DNA of 64,000 nucleotides, from contig NMRA01000016.1 of NCBI GenBank assembly GCA_002633005.1, positions 62,001 through 126,000 of the forward strand, written 5' to 3'. Below the pieces are notes generated by a model that did not search any database, was not told the origin of the DNA, and worked only from the letters and a program-made list of their open reading frames with translations. This document shows positions 25,801 through 38,150 of this stretch, in pieces; position 1 is the first letter of the stretch; every line of letters begins with the position of its first letter. The DNA comes from Phoronis australis. Lineage: Eukaryota > Animalia > Phoronida. Position numbers and translations under genes: made by a program.

Positions 25801-26330
25801 AATAAGGTATTTAGTAGAAATTTTCAACCATTTTCATCCCCAGGGTGTTTACGATTGGTCTGATTATCTAGAGAACTGAAACATCAGCATCCTGAGGTGA
25901 TGTACCGGCAACAAACTGCAACAGAGGGGTGTCAATATTCCGGCAGATTCCGAGGAACTTGCGGCAAAACCGGTTACGATGCCCAATGTCGACCACAGAG
26001 GGTATCAACGAAGTAGTCTTGTCATGCAGACATTGTTTGGTGATTTTTGTTCTACGTCAGTAGGAACAAGCGTCGCTTTGTATGCTCCAGTACATAATGG
26101 TTTAAACACATTGATGTCTCGTCCAAATTTCCACTAAATGTCCCATAGATTTGACCTACATACTCAAATAATACCTCGAGATTTTGAGTTCAGACTCAAG
26201 CATATACCTGTAGCTTTAATGCCGAGGACATCAAGTCCAAACAAGGATGAGACAGTCAATCACGTGATGGGTATGCATTCTAGCACACACTAATAGACAT
26301 AGGTCGTGAGTTTGCTTAAGAGCAGAATAA

Positions 26331-26852
26331 AGGCCCTTTCATACTGACTTAACTCCGGTCTGAGCGGTGCGTCGACGTAAACAGCGCAGTTAACTGCCGG
26401 GACCGTTCAAACTGTCTTCGGTAGTTAATGAACATCGAAGTAAACGGGTGGTGACGCTGTCGTCATCGAAGTTAATGCAAGGTAGCGCTGCACGCTAAGA
26501 TATTTTTCAATGAGACAATTTGAGAACCTTTACATGTGCTAAATGACATTAAACTTATTTTTAAATTGATTAGTTATTATTAGAGCAAAATATAAGCAGA
26601 TATTAGTGACGACACTACCCTCCAACTGTTGATGATAACAGTGGCACCTGGCGATAACTTCAATTGGACCGAAGTTGAGCGTTCATATTGCACCGCAGCG
26701 TCAACGCTGCGCTAATAAATCCACCTGTTAACTGCGATGTTAACTACGATGTTAACTGGAGCTGTTAACTGCGATCCGGACTGGAGTTAAGCGTTCATAC
26801 TGACCCCAACTCCCCAAACCATCGACGCGACGACGTTAGTATGAAAGGCCCT
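26331..26852. mobile_element. PIF/Harbinger (Tourist-like) MITE
   Basis: TIR AGG[C/G]CCTTTCATACT[G/A]AC; TAA TSD; internal GTTAACT repeats. Confidence 0.75.
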
Positions 26853-26915
26853 TAAAAAATTCTAAATAATTTAGTACACCCCGGACCCAGTTGTGCGGTC
26901 AATACTAGCTCACAC

Positions 26916-27761
26916 CTCATTGTACCCCCAAAGAGGCTGCTTGATGATCTTCCGCGATTTCGTAGAGCTCACAAGTCACTCGCCTTGTTGTCTCACAATC
27001 CCTTCTCCCCGGTCACGTATCTACATTATTATGTTCAGCAATAGGGTCACGAAAATTTTACTGGGTAGTTTAATTAACAACAGTTCCCCATTTTTCATCT
27101 TTCGTTGCTATAGGCGCAGCCACCTTTGCTCAATGTAACTTTGTCCAAAGCGACTTCACTCACATCATAAATTGACCCCAGAACACCTTCAGTCAGGATA
27201 TGTAAAAGTAAAGAATTCATGTTCCATCAGATAAGTGGACGTGATAGTTACTTTAATAGTAACAATACTAGTTGTTAAACTACATGTACTACAGATAGTA
27301 ATAAAACCACTACCAATACTTAAATACTGTTATCCTCACCGACTTCCGAGAGGCTTGCAGATAACCAACTCAACAAGTCGTCAGCCGACTTGGGCCTGCT
27401 TCCAAAATGGTAGTAGCTGAGATTTGAAGGCAGGCTTATCTAGGAACCAGTTGGTTTCTAGGTTTGGTCTATTGCGACAATGGAAACAGGTAGTCCCATA
27501 TGCTAACTTAATCGATCTTTTAAAACAATCGCCTGCCAGTAACGCCTGATGCGACAGTCGAGATTGCTGGTTACCTTGAAGTCAAAGACACTGAGAGGAG
27601 TTACACTTGTTTGTCTCCATTCATGCTTGTTCACACTTTGCTGACCATCGGACCGCTGTAGAAGTTCTCTTTGTTTCCCCGTGTCCTGTGCCATTACAGA
27701 CAGTGAGCCGACAGCGCAACCATACATCAGGAAAGGAACCAAAAGCAGTACTCCTGCCTGC
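26916..27761 (-). pseudogene. Candidate multi-exon gene or pseudogene of unknown family with a signal-peptide-like start
   Basis: Phase-compatible minus-strand exons 27761-27575 (RQAGVLLLVPFLMYGCAVG...FDFK), 27439-27340 and 27186-27124, then one starting at 27020 with an in-frame TGA. Confidence 0.3.
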
Positions 27762-28939
27762 CTGTAAATGAATTCGGGGCTATATTTCAAGAATTCTTGA
27801 ATTGCATTTACACATGATTGATATTTGATGTGACTTGCGCATCAGACATACAAAGACACACACTAAATGAGTTCTCATAAAATCCCAACACGTACCGTAA
27901 ACCAACACGAGAGAACAAAAACGACTCAGGAACACAAAAGGCACGTTTTCTTGTTTCACTAGTACATGTATATCACTCGGGCCCCTCGACAATGAGTCAG
28001 TTTTATCAGCTATATCAAATAGACTACAGCGTTTGCTGATATGCTAGGAAACATTACAGTCCTCGAGGTTAGGATCATGCATAAACATGCAGTCATCAAA
28101 TGCGTTCACGTAGCAAAAGCCGGAAGGGGGTCAGAGCCTGCTAAATAAAGTGAAGAGTAGATTGACGGCATATATGCACAGAGAAAGAAGACCTCGGGTC
28201 TCTAGTTTTCTGAGTTGGACGTTAATCACACACAAATTTTAACTGCAGAGCAGTTGATACAGCAATCGCAAGGTCGGTAAAGCTCCTAACAAGACGTAAG
28301 ATTAATCAGATATTTACGTCATAGTTACATTTTACGTTGCTAAGCCTCTCCTAAAATGTAACAAGTTGCTACATTTTACGTACTTGTTACATTTTACGTC
28401 GAGTGCACATGCGAGAAATGTACCATTGTTACATTTATGAAACCAACGTCATATTACAAAGAAAATGACCAAAATCAAGAGCAAGTGGTATCTGACACGG
28501 CCGAGGGATAGTCGAGTATATGTGGACGAGGGTCCGTGCCGCCCGAAAAAAATAGATACCTACCCGTTTAGAGAGTGGGCTCGGACAAAAAAGTGATCCA
28601 TTTAGAGACTTATTTTGTGTAAAAATTCATATTTTTGCACACTTCTGTTTCAGAAGTTCAGAAAAGGCACACTTTTAGATACTATTCTGTCGAAAATGGC
28701 TCCATTTTGGGGAGTATTTTTTGCTGTGAAAAAACACTTTTTGGGCGGCACTTTTCGTATACCTCTTCTGAATGCATTCCGGGCTGACCCGGCATGAAAT
28801 CAATATGGCTGCCCATTACCATTTTTATTGCTATTACTACCATTATGTGCTATTGCTAACTGTTACTATTACTACTGCAATTACTGCAGTGTACGTTCAC
28901 AACTATTACTCGTTATCAGAATCGCTATCATTATTATTT

Positions 28940-29430
28940 TTATTATTAATATTTTTTTAATTTAATTAACGAGGACACAGTGCAATATACACAATACATG
29001 CTTAGCAAAGTGCTAATACATCATGGTCCTCAAAGATTTTAAAATCATCTTATTTATGGTTCAATGTTTTCACCGGGCTTCCTATAATGGATAGCGGGTG
29101 CTATTTTAAAAATCTTTTAAGGGGGTTCCTATGTTAAGACTTAAAGATACTGTGAGACATGACTTCCCAGCTGTGTATGCAGAGTAGACCTTCTTTTTGG
29201 AAACGAGGAGGTTGAAATTTAAAAACTTGTTTAGACGTGGTTCATTTCAAAAATTGGTTATTTCTAAGCTATCGGCAAGCACGGTATTGCTTGTAAATAT
29301 GACTATACCCTTCTGTTGTTTGCCACGAAGAACTGAATTCAGACTGTAATCTTTTACTTGCGACTTACATCTAAACGTGAGGATACCCATCGTGTTATCA
29401 TAGTTTGTCTTGTTGAAAACATTCCTTTTC
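28940..29430 (-). mobile_element. L2/Crack-like LINE 3' fragment
   Basis: 3' motif GACCATGATGTATTAGCAC..GCTAAGCATGT is shared with the element ending at 52850; adjacent AT-rich microsatellite. Confidence 0.55.
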
Positions 29431-29799
29431 AAAGACCTAGGGATCGTTCCACGATGAGATTTGTAAGTTCAAAAATTGCGTAAAGATGAACTCTGTAGGC
29501 AGACGTTTTCGAGAACTAGCGACTAGTGGGCAATGTCTGCGGTCACCGGGTCAGTAGAATAGCTGGTAACGGACATAGAAAACACGCAACAATTTTATTT
29601 GGAACGGGCCGCAATATTCTTAGAACACAGTGATTTAACTGAGTGATTTGAACTAGGTTTCATTGAAAGTGGAATGTGTGGAACAAAATCAGCCAAGCTG
29701 TCGGAGTCAGCGACGTTTAATAAGGACTTTTTATGCGAAAGGGTTAATATACCAAATTCCCTTTTACCCTATGCGTGTTGAATCAGTCGAGTGCAAAAT

Positions 29800-32500
29800 A
29801 TCTTTGAGTGCAATATAGTCGGAGGGCCAGATGTCATAGCATTCATCCTTGTGAGTTCTTTGGGGGGTCAACTTAGTTTTTTCTATTTGGCTAGATAATA
29901 TACATGTACCTATCAATTAAATTCCAAAAAGCTCCCTCGTCTACACTTGCACATTTTTTTTAAAAAAGGTGTCTTTGTTGCACGAAATATTATGCACATT
30001 CCTGCCACTTGGTGGCGCTTTTCTATTGAATTGACCAATCATTTAGCCAGATTGCAATGTTGTGCTTAGTTACTTCAATATGGCAGCTTCCATGGAGTGT
30101 GATGCCTCCCATTATAATTCAAGGTTTATCAAACAGCACAAAATTGTGATGTCAGAACATGAAGAAGCTTAGAGAAGCATCCTGACGAAAACTGATGGAC
30201 TGTGGAACTCTGTAGATCAGTAGATCAAAAAGAAGAAGAGGTGCCACAAACGTTTGTGCAGAAAAAAGCTACATGTCCTGCTATAGCCTAGGCTATACAG
30301 TATACTGCTGCAGAAGAGCGAGCGTCAGACCAAAATTTGAAAGGACATAGAAAGGCATAACAACGTTTCAAGACGCCAGCAGTAGTACTAAAGCTGAAGC
30401 TGCTGAAAGTGATACAGTTGTTGCCCAAAATTTCCCAAGAAAATCAATTAGACTTCCAAAATCTGAAACACCCAATTAAGCTGAACACGATGGGAATATT
30501 CTTAAACATGAGTGCATCATTTGTTAGCAGGAAGAGTAGATTATGGACCACATTTCAAAAATGAGAAACAAGCAACAACTTCATAGCTTTGAAAAACAGG
30601 TACGTGTTTTTGAAAGGTACATCTTAGTGTTTTCCATGTGAGTTTCAGTATTATCACCACTTGTTTTTTAACTTGCTCAGCCCCTTGGCTGCCTAGGCCT
30701 TAGACAATACCGTTGACCCAGTAGAGACGGTGATCATACCATAGGTACTCCCTACGTCGGATGCTTTTCGGCAAATTATGCATCACACTGGTTAAACCAT
30801 AAGTCATGTTGCTATAAGTTTGGAAGTACCGCGTAGAGAGATGCCTTTGAGGAGTCCGTTAATGTTTCCATTTGTTCCCAGTTTAAACAAATACTCTTGT
30901 AATCCTGTTTTTCGAACATTCCCTTGTTCAGTTGCCACATCGACACTGCTTGCACCAGTGGATCATCATATGGCGATATACTGTGCGTGTGAATTCAAGC
31001 ACTTTAAGTCAAAAATTTTTGAGAAGGTTAAATGGAGTAGATGGTTGCAATCAACATGCCCAAGTGACCGTCATCCCTTGCCGTAATCCTGGGATTGGGG
31101 GAACCTCTTATCAATTTTTTGTAAACATTAGTTACTTAGGTAGCTGCAATGGTAATTGAATTAAATTGCCTAAGTGCCCAGCGTCCCCGTAGTAATTTGA
31201 TGACAGTGGAAGCCACTGTCTATTTCGTCAAACGTTGATTACCTTATGTGTAAATCGACTGACTATGGTATGAGCATCTGAATTTAAAAAAATCAATTTC
31301 AATCACTGCACTGGTATATCAGCTGATTTATTTTCAGTTGCATCAACGTTTTTAGGCGACAGATCAGATGGCATGTAAATTTGTTAGGCTGGTGGTGAAT
31401 CAGTTCCTGATAAGTCCGTCTGAAAAATTTGCAAGCTAACTCACTCAAAGTTAAATGTTAAATTAGTTTTAACAGTTCAGTTTTTTTCAGTTGGACTTGT
31501 CTCGCAAGCAACAGCTCAGTCCAGAGCCCTGAACATGCAAATGAAATTCAAAGATAAAGACCTTGTGTCTTAGAGGTCAAGTACCACAGATCATCATGCT
31601 ATAAAAAATACAAAAACAAAGATTGTGAAGAGTGACGAATCCACAGTTTTCATAGATGTTTTTCTACAGTTTTGTTTGGAGTTCATTGAATCAAAGCTTC
31701 TAGCACATGGAGACGTCATTTGCCTTTCAAAACTAAAGCAAGACTTTGAAGCTGTTCTTCAGAAAGCTGGTGTGCATGAAGTTATTTGGACAGGCAATCT
31801 TAACAAATGACTGTTGAAGCTACTCACTGTTGTAGTTTGTGCCCGACTAAGAAACACGAAAGTGAATTGGGGCTAGTGTTCAATAATTCGGTTGATGACT
31901 CTAATTGTCACAGCCCATTATAACTTATTTTGAATCAAAGGTTTACCCAAATAGTGCCCGCCTCCAAACAAGGACTTAGTGTTTGACCCTTCAGTGTGTA
32001 GTGCTGCAAAAAGAACATTCGTGCTGGGAAACTGAGTTTGTGCTGCAATGCTGGGTCAAACTGTACAGAAATGTGCAGCTGTGACAACTGTAGTAACATC
32101 AGCAACACTGACTGCATAACATTGTATAGTTCTTTGAGAAGTCAACCCTAAATAGACCTCCAACCCCGTTATTTTGTGTTTTTTTGTATTAAAAAGTGAA
32201 TTCTATTTGTTGATTAAGTCATCGAAAATACATACTTTGATCACTGTCATGTATTTGTCTCATACTGCTTGCAAAATGTTGTCAGAATAATTATTTTCAT
32301 ACAGTCTGTGCGCACATTCACAGAGATCATTCAACTATATTTATTTTTGTACTGTAACGTAATTCTGGTGTATTATGCAAACAAGATATATTTTACACCA
32401 TTAGTCAATGGTTCAGTCATTGAGGCACAAATTCTGCCCAGTCTCAAGGGTTTTGTGTTATTTTTGTAGCCAGACAATGCCAGAATAATTTCCTAGTAAC
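29800..32500 (+). mobile_element. Probable second Academ-like relic (internally deleted)
   Basis: HVSCY- and CIIC-like remnants (~30270, ~30510) and a terminal Cys cluster CKKN...CCNAGSNCTEMCSCDNC (~32000-32095); ends not resolved. Confidence 0.4.
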
Positions 32501-33483
32501 ATTCAGACTTAGTTTGCATTTCTGCCACTACATATAGGTGTCACTTTACATTTTTTAATTTCACTATTTGCGGTCGCTATGACCATTTGATTCTGAACTC
32601 GAAAACAAGATGACCTCCACGTCAGCCATTTTAAATCTGATCATGGCGAAAAAAATAGGTTTCTAGTGACTCCAATCTACAGGTTGTGTGTGAACTTCGT
32701 GCCAATCGGAGGAAACATGCGACCTGTAGAGTGCCGAAGTAAATGTTGACTTCAGTCTCGGTTGTGGCGTCTCTATGGTGTGATGTCCTTTTCTTGATGT
32801 AACGTTGGTCTTGCCCTGGTGCTACCCCTAAAGCTAGAAGAGCCCACCTGAGGTCACACTGACACCACGTGACCGTTCCCATGTGAAGACCACGTGACAA
32901 GATCGTCTGGGGCATTCTGGAGTTTACCGCCGTCGTGTTAGGACGTGATGGGAATACTGTATGGAATCACTCTAACACTGCAATAGGTCGAACCTGTCCA
33001 CCACGACATCAATGCCTCATTGCAAACAATGAGCCAAAAAATGAAAGTGCTCGGAGGAGCGAAATTAACTGAAAATACGACGATGGAGATGGTGACGAAG
33101 ATGATTATGATGATGACGGTGGCGATTATGAGCAAGATGATAACATTCAAATGTAGAGTGAGCATGTCAAAAATCAGTTATGTGCTACAGTCTTGTTCAA
33201 TAGAAGGTAAAACATCAACAGGGCAGCAAAAATGGTGAACAAAGGAAAAGCGTTATCAAAAAATCTCCAATAATTCAAAAAGTAGACGTCCTAGCGGAAA
33301 TGGAAAATATCTTCTGAAAGCCCGTTCAAACTCTATCTAACAATTTGGTTTCGCAAAATTTGTTAAGTTTTCTATTTTTTTTTTTAAATTTTGCATTTTT
33401 AATTGAAAGTCAAGTAACTCAAAAACGGTAGGTTTCTCTGCGAAAAAATTGCTAGAGATCATTTCAAAGGGCACATTGTTCAG

Positions 33484-33745
33484 ACTACCCAGCGCTCTGA
33501 TTTGGTCATTTATTTGGACAGTTCCCACCAGGTCATCCAGATCGAACGCACCATCCCGTGGGAAAGTAGACCGCAAGAGGCACATGAGCGGCAGAACCTA
33601 AAGTATGCAGACCTGAAGAATGGCCGTCACGTAAACGGATGGAGGTGTTGGACCTTTTCTGTTCAGGTTGGCTGCCGGGGTTTTCCGGCCACTTCAGAAT
33701 TGGCGAAAACAAATACTGGCCAATGCATGTAGGTGACACAGTTTC
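33484..33745 (+). mobile_element. Hero/R2-group non-LTR retrotransposon fragment, restriction-like endonuclease
   Basis: TTQRSDLVIY...IERTIPWE...EAHERQNLKYADL...GWRCWTFSVQVGCRGF matches the RPD..ELTVPWE..KY..VEVGCRGF consensus. Confidence 0.75.
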
Positions 33746-34847
33746 ATGGCTCTGAAAGCCGACGCAAAATATCGCTCCACAACTTTAGCACCGGAATAAT
33801 GGTGGGGCGCCAAATTTTCCAACAACGGTAAAAATTTTATTTATTCAAGGAAGAGTGTAGTTTTTAATGACACTAATTTTGTGTCAGATTTTATCTTACC
33901 ACTTTTGTACCCACATCGGCGCAAAGCTGAGCATTTATTATACAGCTTTGTGCCAAGGCTATTGGATAAGAAAACAGAGAATGCTCTCCCTTATTAATTT
34001 CAAAACAACAGCGTCAGCTGAGAAACACGGGCTCTCAATTTATCCTTCCACTTGTGCTGTCACGTGTCATTGAATGACACGTGGCGCGAGCACATTTCTT
34101 GTGCTAATAGCAGCTACCATTAGAACTCGTTTTGCCAAGCATGTCTGCTTTTGGTAATTGATTTTGACGGTAGCTACGCTTCTTTGCACCTATCAATTGC
34201 ACAAGTGTTCACATTACCGATTTGTCGCTGCGTCCGCATCGAGCATGAAGGGTGTACGTGCTGTAGTTTTGACTGAAATTTCATTGATACTGATTCGCCT
34301 AGCAGAGAGCACAGATCTTTTGGAGCACAGTCAGCAGTTGGAATCTGTTCTGTTTGACGTCTACGGCGCACACGATCAAACTGCCAGGGACAACAAGTTA
34401 ACGGTAACAATTTCACAATTGTGACACCATGAACTGTTTCTCGATTGATATATGACCGTATAGATTCTGGTAAGATACGTTCACTATATATGATATCCCT
34501 CATACATACTAATACTGCCATGTCCTATAGACAATTCATTTCATCTGGAAATGCCCCAACGAAACCGAAGGTTGGGTTGGGACGTACCCAGATGAAATGA
34601 ATTCTATATACACTGTAGGATATCGCAGTGGAGCCAATACTGAGCTGAAGGTGCACGGAAGGGCTTCTCACCACTGGGTGAAACGGATCTAAACCAAAAG
34701 AATACGAGAAAAAATCTCGTTCTGTGTGTAAGTACTAACGAAATCAAATTCCCTTGACACACTTAAAAAATTTCAAATGATTTTATTTCTCCTCGCTTTA
34801 ACATCTCCTTACGACAACGAGTCAAGTCGTCTACCATCTTCTAGCCT

Positions 34848-35275
34848 CAGTGGCCGGTTGCATAAAACAGTCCCTAATGGGGACTCGGCTAAGTTTTGCA
34901 TATTTGTTTCGTTCTTAACTTGCATATGTATTGTTTTTCTATCATTTTTCTTTTGTTACAAGCTCACCTTTGACTAATGATATTTTTTACTAATATAACT
35001 AAAAACTAAGCCCTTAATTCAATCAAAACAATTATGGACTTAGTCCTTAAATTAGGGCCGTTGCATGAAAAGATCCCAACTTATTTTAAATAATATTGAA
35101 AATTCGATGAAGAGTTCACTCTTGATTTGTATCTAAGCCAAAAATTGGCCTAGTGATGATTCTCAAGCAGCATAAGATAGGGCAATCAGCATTTTCTCAA
35201 GTCCACAAATATACGGTAGATTTGGGGAACTTGGCTGAGTCCCTGTTCGCGACTGCTTGATGCAACCGTCCACTG
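34848..35275. mobile_element. MITE with CAGTG[G/C]CCGGTTGCAT TIRs
   Basis: Inverted ends; same family as 48737-49175. Confidence 0.65.
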
Positions 35276-37893
35276 GAGTATTTCATTCTAACTGTAAGTT
35301 GCAGATTGACAGAAAACTGTGTAAGTGGGTTATGTTCATGTTCCAAAAAATGCGATATAGATTTGGAGAGCGATCGAAGTGAGAAAATTGGCTTGATGAT
35401 TAACCATGTGAAAATACCATTTTGTCGTCTAAAATGATATAACATAAACCGTTAAATACATTCATATTAACTATTTTTTGAGTTATTGCTGACGATTTTT
35501 AAGAAAAAATACAAATGGTCGTAAAAAGAATTAAAAACGCAGAAACTTATAAAAATGAGGCTCAGGGTTCTTATGTCAAGGCCAGCTCGTGTGCTAAGTT
35601 TAAAAAATAGTGATTTTGCATATAGCTCACAATCTGTTTTTTCTATGAAATTGTTCTTAATATTTGAGGTGCATTTCGAGTGATATATGTATGACTTGAT
35701 TCTACATGTACACTTTTAATGCACGGACTTCCAACTATGTTGTAAGCTTATGATTATAGATTAGCAAGGTACTATTTGCCAGCAAGCTAGCCAGGAACCG
35801 CTTTGACTTCTCAAAGTTCTCGAAATTTCCCCACGGCCTGTGTATTTCTAATTGTCACCTCGTGTAGATCTAATGACAGGCAGGGCTGCATGTAAAATCT
35901 GTGAATTAGTCGACCCCCACATAGTCGATACTGAGCTGAGGTAAAGCTGAAGCTACGTCGATGTTTTCACAAATTTGTGAAATATACATACATGTACATC
36001 AAAAGAACGGGGTAAAGTGGTGGTTGAGCGTGCTAGTACTCACCAAGTCAATTTCCTTTGGGATATTTAGGGAACCATGAACGGTTTTCCTTGTTATGTT
36101 TTGTCTTTTTACGACAAATCAAATTCTCTGCTAACTTGTACTCGCAAATTTTGACCTAATGACGTCATATTGTGATTAATAAAGACCCGAATGTCAGCCA
36201 ATGAGCCAAGTGAATGCTTCTCATGTAATACACGAGTTCACGGTTAGGTGAAAAATACAAGTGGCGGATCTACAGATGAGTAGTAAAACCTTGAATCTTC
36301 GAGTGAATAAGTTCATGTGAGGGGCTCGATTTCCAAGTAGTTAAATTCTCCGAGTTATTTTTGCTGACAAATGATGTTACACGACCAATTGAAGTGTGAT
36401 AAGTACGGCACTGAAATCTACTCTTTTAACGTACGTACGGACTTCCAATCCTGGTTAATGGTTGATGTACCAACTGACCGTCTGCAGTGTCCGTTAGAGT
36501 CGAAACCCATTCTGGTCTGCCATCAAATTCAAAAGTGACTCGTTCATGGGCGATTTGCGGACTGTTTGCGTCGTATTTTGGGAGATGATGACAGCGTCGC
36601 CGGTGTCCTTGTATTAAGATACTGATGCTCACATTTAAATTCCAATGTTTCTGCCGTCCATGTGATGGGTTAGCCAATGCTTAACAATGTTTAAGGGTTT
36701 GCAGACTAGTGATGGTGCATCTGCCTTAGTCCTTTGATGAATATTTGAAAAATGACTTTTGCTCTGAGGACCTCGTGGCGCTGCTGATTTTTCTCCGAAA
36801 ATCACAAGAGTCAGGTGATAATGGGTGATGAAATAAAAAGAATACTCGTGTTTCTTTTCAAGGCATCTCAAGTTCGATAATGTTGTAAGGATGCACTAGA
36901 GAGGAGTGCTTTGATAAGAAATAGTCAAACCAAACATGAATAATTGAGGGTTAGTGGATCGAACACAAAGTTTATTGATGCATGTTTTTCCAAATCAAAT
37001 TTGGTGTCAGGAAACAATGGCTGCTTTGAAACCTCTCCTCTGGTTTTCACGCCATTATTCACACAGGCATCACCACCTAGCTGCCGTAATATTCAGTTGA
37101 ATGGGTCCTTGATTTCGAAACAGCAGGCGTTCTGCAATGGAAATAACTGATTCTGAAATCGGGAATCAATCAGGGACCCATATTATTACTATAATTAATT
37201 ACCATCGTGGCTAGTCGCCACTATTCCAAGGTGCCATCTTGATTGCTGTCAATACCGAATGTGCAAATCTACCATATTTGAATTTGCCGCCGCAGTTGCT
37301 TTATAGGAAATGAATGCCTCTATCGGTTGGCAACCGATTGTGTACAGTGTTGACGGGTGTTGTTGTAACGAACAGAAGCAGTCAATAAGGTTATTTTATT
37401 TGAATTCTTATCATAAAATTAATGTCAAACGAACAACTAGTACAGGAAACATACACCTGTATTATATTATGGAAATGTTTTGGAAATGAATAATGTCACC
37501 GTTGCCGCACCCCAGCTATATCGACTGTGACTGTGTTAAATCGGGTGACATTATGCTCATAATCAGCAGCAATAATCTTTTCTTCTCGATTAAAGTAAAA
37601 ATGTGACAAAATTCTGACACTCTTGAATTCCTATAACTAAGCCCCAAATGGCTAAACGGATCACCGTCATCTTAAGGCTTGGGGATGAGGCTACTTTGCA
37701 TCAAACCTGTTATTGCCGAAGTTTTGTAATGACCCGCACACAAATTACGATCACACGAAAAAAATTTTCCTGCAAAATGATACGGTGAATATATATTTCA
37801 GGAAAATCAAGCCCTCAAACACTACTTGTTCATGCAAAAATTCAACGATTTCCTGTTCGCTCTTAAGTTCGCCACTAATGACTACGCGTTAAA

Positions 37894-38150
37894 CATGCGC
37901 GCACGCAGCCTTCAATTTGGGGGGGGCTCTTTTGCTAACAAAAGAGCCGGCGGACTAAAAAAATAAAAAATAAAAAAATAAAAAAACGGGAGCACCAATG
38001 TGAATTGCGCATGTGGCTTATTTAGTGGACTTTTGTCCCATTTTCTTGGACTTTTTGTCTCTCGGGAGCGGACCTTTTTGCCTACTTCGCCTAATGGGGG
38101 GCTCGTTCGAGCCTCCCGAGCCCCCTCCCCCCCCTCTGGGTGCACGCATG
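37894..38150. mobile_element. MITE with CATGCG[C/T]GCAC[G/C]CAG TIRs
   Basis: Imperfect 15-bp TIRs and G/C-run subterminal motifs. Confidence 0.5.

Noticed and set aside
28772-28960. Hydrophobic membrane-protein ORFs here and at 32938-33165 and 52752-52997
   Set aside because: They are translations of (TTA/CTA/GAT)n low-complexity sequence.
36426-36871. Coding-like minus-strand ORFs
   Set aside because: No recognisable motif or splice structure.
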